Assembly: GCF_963506605.1 (NCBI RefSeq)
Contig: NC_083288.1
Location: 37,014,001 to 37,078,000, forward strand
DNA from: Zootoca vivipara
Lineage: Eukaryota
Length of the DNA stretch: 64,000 nt
Direction: 5' to 3'
Below are positions 61,144 to 64,000 of this stretch, piece by piece. Made by a program: the position numbers and the translations under genes. Every line of letters begins with the position of its first letter. Within the stretch, counting starts at the first letter, position 1. Under the pieces are notes generated by a model. The model worked only from the letters and a program-made list of their open reading frames with translations. It was not told where the DNA came from and ran no database searches.

Positions 61144-62711
61144 TACCAATCTAGCATAGCTGTGAGAAGCAGCAAGGAGGAGTGTTAAAGTTTTTGGCTC
61201 TGATTTAGATGAACCACAACTTCTTGTGCTAACCAAACAAAAAACAAAAACAAAACCCATGATTAGTCTTAACTACAGTTTCTTTCACACAAGTGAACTT
61301 CAAACCATGGGTTATGAACTTGCTTATTTAGGCAAGTCACAGTTACCATTAACCACAGTTTACAGTTCAAACACAGCAGCAAAATCAGCAGCAAGACTTC
61401 CTGAACTCTTCAGAGCCGCCGCACTGGAGGAGAGGGAAATAGGAGAGGGAAGTGTGCAAGGCTCAGCCTGGCTTATTCTCATCACACCAAGCTATTGTTT
61501 AGGCCCATGGCATCTGAATACAGACACTGTGGGGCAAATCAGCCGTGCCTTGTTTTCACCACTTGGCACGGATTGGATCAATTACTGCTTGCTTTTGCAG
61601 TTTCCTGCATGTTGCCTGAAATAACAGTATTTTCAAAGTGTCTTAAAGTTCATGTAAGGGACAAAACCAAAAGGCAACCATCTCGAACTGTGATTGTCAT
61701 TTTTGCTGGAAGATTGAAAAGGTGTGGGGGTGTGGAGTTGCAGATATGTAAGTCTGAAATGTCTAATTATCTAAACCAGGGGAAGAGGGGGAGCCTTTTT
61801 CAGACAGAGAGACACATTTACTCATGGTGATCTTCCAGGGGACGACGTGCCAATGTGGGTGGTGGAGGAAGGGACAAAAGCTACATTCCAGCCACAGAAA
61901 AGACTGATGTTTACATACCTCTTTTCACCTTCCATATGGGCAAGAAAGAGGTGTTATCCCAGTCAGGTAAATGTACGCAAGGATGGTGCAGAGCAGAACT
62001 GGTCAGGGGACAATGGATGCGACCTGGGGAGAAGGTCTGGGACAGTCCTTAGTTTGTTATGCTCAAAAGTTACCTGAACTGTATGGGGAGCAGCTTCAAA
62101 CAAACATGTCCAGCCATGTACAGCTGCCTCCTCACTTTGCTTCAAGGGCTCCCCCTGTGGTTGCTCAGATCCATCCATCCATAATTATACAGTACTTGCA
62201 TGCCTCCTTTCTATAGTTAAACCATGCTCAAGGTGGCTTACAGCATGAAACAAAAATACAATTACAAACTTAGCAAAACTAGTCATAAATAATAAACAAA
62301 ACAGCAAAAGGTACACAGCCAAATTAAACCATTTCCACATAAATCATAAAAATCTAAAGATTTTATAGGCACAGAGAGAGAGAGAGAGTACAGAGTATAT
62401 ACATATACATATATATATACATATATACACATACATAACAGCAACAACCCCCCCCACACACCCAACAGAGCCCTCTCTAAACAATATCCCAACCCCAAAG
62501 CCTGTTCAGCAGTCTCTGCTTTTGTAGTTGGAGTCAGTCAGGGCTCTACCCTCCCAGGCCAGGTGGGAAAAGGCCTGCAAGGCAGAGAGCAGGTCTTCTA
62601 GGACTCACAGCCAAGAATGGTCAGCCTGTGGGAGCTACCAGTAGTACTGACCTAGCAGTCAATACATGCTCGGCATGCTCGGCATATGTTCTGGTGCTAC
62701 TTCTTATCGGT

Positions 62712-63054
62712 CCAGTATACCTGAAGGAGCGTCTCCACTTCCATCACCTCCATCACTCTGCCCGGACACTGAGGTCCAGCACCGAGGGCCTTCTGGCGGT
62801 TCCCTCATTACGAGAAGCCAAGTTGCAGGGAACTAGGCAGAGGGCCTTCTCGGTGGTGGCGCCTGCCCTGTGGAACGCCCTCCCAACAGATGTCAAAAAG
62901 GAAAACAACTACCAGACTTTTAGAAGACATCTGAAGGCAGCCCAGTTCAGGGAGGCTTTTAATGTTTAATAGATTATTGTGTTTTATTCTTCTGTTGGAA
63001 GCCGCCCAGAGTGGCTGGGGAGACCTGGCCAGATGGGCGGGGAATAAATAATAA

Positions 63055-63098
<44 letters not shown>
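62712..63098 (+). mobile_element. L2 LINE 3' fragment with (ATT)n tail
   Basis: Frame GPVYLKERL..ARTLRSSTEGLLAVPS..TRQRAFSVVAPALWNALP..FRRHLK, typical of the L2 ORF2 C-terminus. Confidence 0.88.
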
Positions 63099-63888
63099 CA
63101 ATTCCCAGCATATTTCCGGAATTAAGCACAGCACTGGAAGCAGAAGCTGGTCCAGTGTCCTGAACCTGGCACAACTCTAGTATCTCCTTTGGCGCAATTC
63201 CTATTTTTCACATCTTACTGTAACCAACTGTAACCTGCCACCAAACCTCAGGCACATACAGCTTTCCCTGTTTACCCTTGCCACAGTTTCCTTCCCCACC
63301 TCTGCGCTGAATTTTAGATTGTAAGCTCCTCCATGCCCTCTGCAAAGATCTTCATGGCTCTATATTAATAGTAATTGTTATGATTGTCGTCGTTATTGAT
63401 GACGCTATTGCATCCTCCCGTGTTGTGTACTGGAGCCCAGGGGAAGAAGCCACAGCACGGAAGCCTTGCAGTGTGCATGACCTTTGAGAGCCAGCCTCAA
63501 AGGACGTGACTTCATTCCTTTTGCTTTATAACAGCCTTCAGGGAATCCCCCGGCCAAAAATGAAAGAAAACAAAACAGAATAGCAACCCCTTCTGCCATG
63601 TTCCAAGTCCCCATTGCCAGCCTGGTTTTGGCTCCTGTGCGACAGGGAATCCCGTGCAAAAAGGAAGGCTGGCTTCTTGTCCGGACTGGCGTCTAGACAT
63701 TCCAGGGGAATCCGGGACGCGTTGCCAGGGGTGGGGTCACTTTTTGGGCACGGCGGTTAGACTCTTGAGGTTGCTGCGCTCATGGGGCGGATGAGTCGTT
63801 CCAGCGAGTCCGTGTCATTTTTTGCGCTGAGACGGAAAAGTTCTTAGCTAGCAGGTGACAGAGCTGAAACAGCCATGGTGGGAGGCTC

Positions 63889-63931
<43 letters not shown>

Positions 63932-64000
63932 GCAACTCTCCCTATTCTTCAGCAAGATGCTGCCAGATGGCTGGCGAAAGACCCTTCCGCATTTTGACAG

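Noticed and set aside
29000-64000. Exons of the human IL11 neighbours (TMEM190, TMEM238, RPL28 etc.)
   Set aside because: I recognised none in any frame. Small or diverged exons could still be missed without a homology search.

Overview
This is vertebrate genomic DNA from a squamate reptile, most likely a lacertid lizard. That call is inferred from Sauria SINEs, BovB/RTE LINE ends, a tRNA-Lys/CR1-tail SINE and CR1/L2 fragments. It is not prokaryotic, and nearly all listed ORFs are spurious. Two convergent genes are supported. (1) The terminal coding exon of a GSG1/GSG1L-family tetraspan gene on + (window start to 341). (2) A complete five-exon interleukin-11 (IL11) gene on -: coding exons 27154-27160, 8899-9062, 8271-8357, 6623-6784 and 6070-6234, giving 194 aa. 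Its TATATAAA box and tandem AP-1 element (TGAGTCA-aga-TGTGTCA) resemble the mammalian IL11 promoter as I recall it. It has a ~530-nt, almost ATG-free 5'UTR and an ~18-kb first intron. The remaining ~36 kb upstream of IL11 has no recognisable coding exon. It carries many TEs, clustered AP-1/TEAD motifs (candidate enhancers) and co-oriented CTCF motifs. I found no evidence of a wholly new biological system. The best leads are a probable fourth GSG1-family ohnolog absent from the human IL11 locus, an expanded AP-1-rich IL11 regulatory domain, a 144-bp gene-conversion-like tract between inverted CR1 copies bracketing IL11, and several unusual TE insertion signatures.
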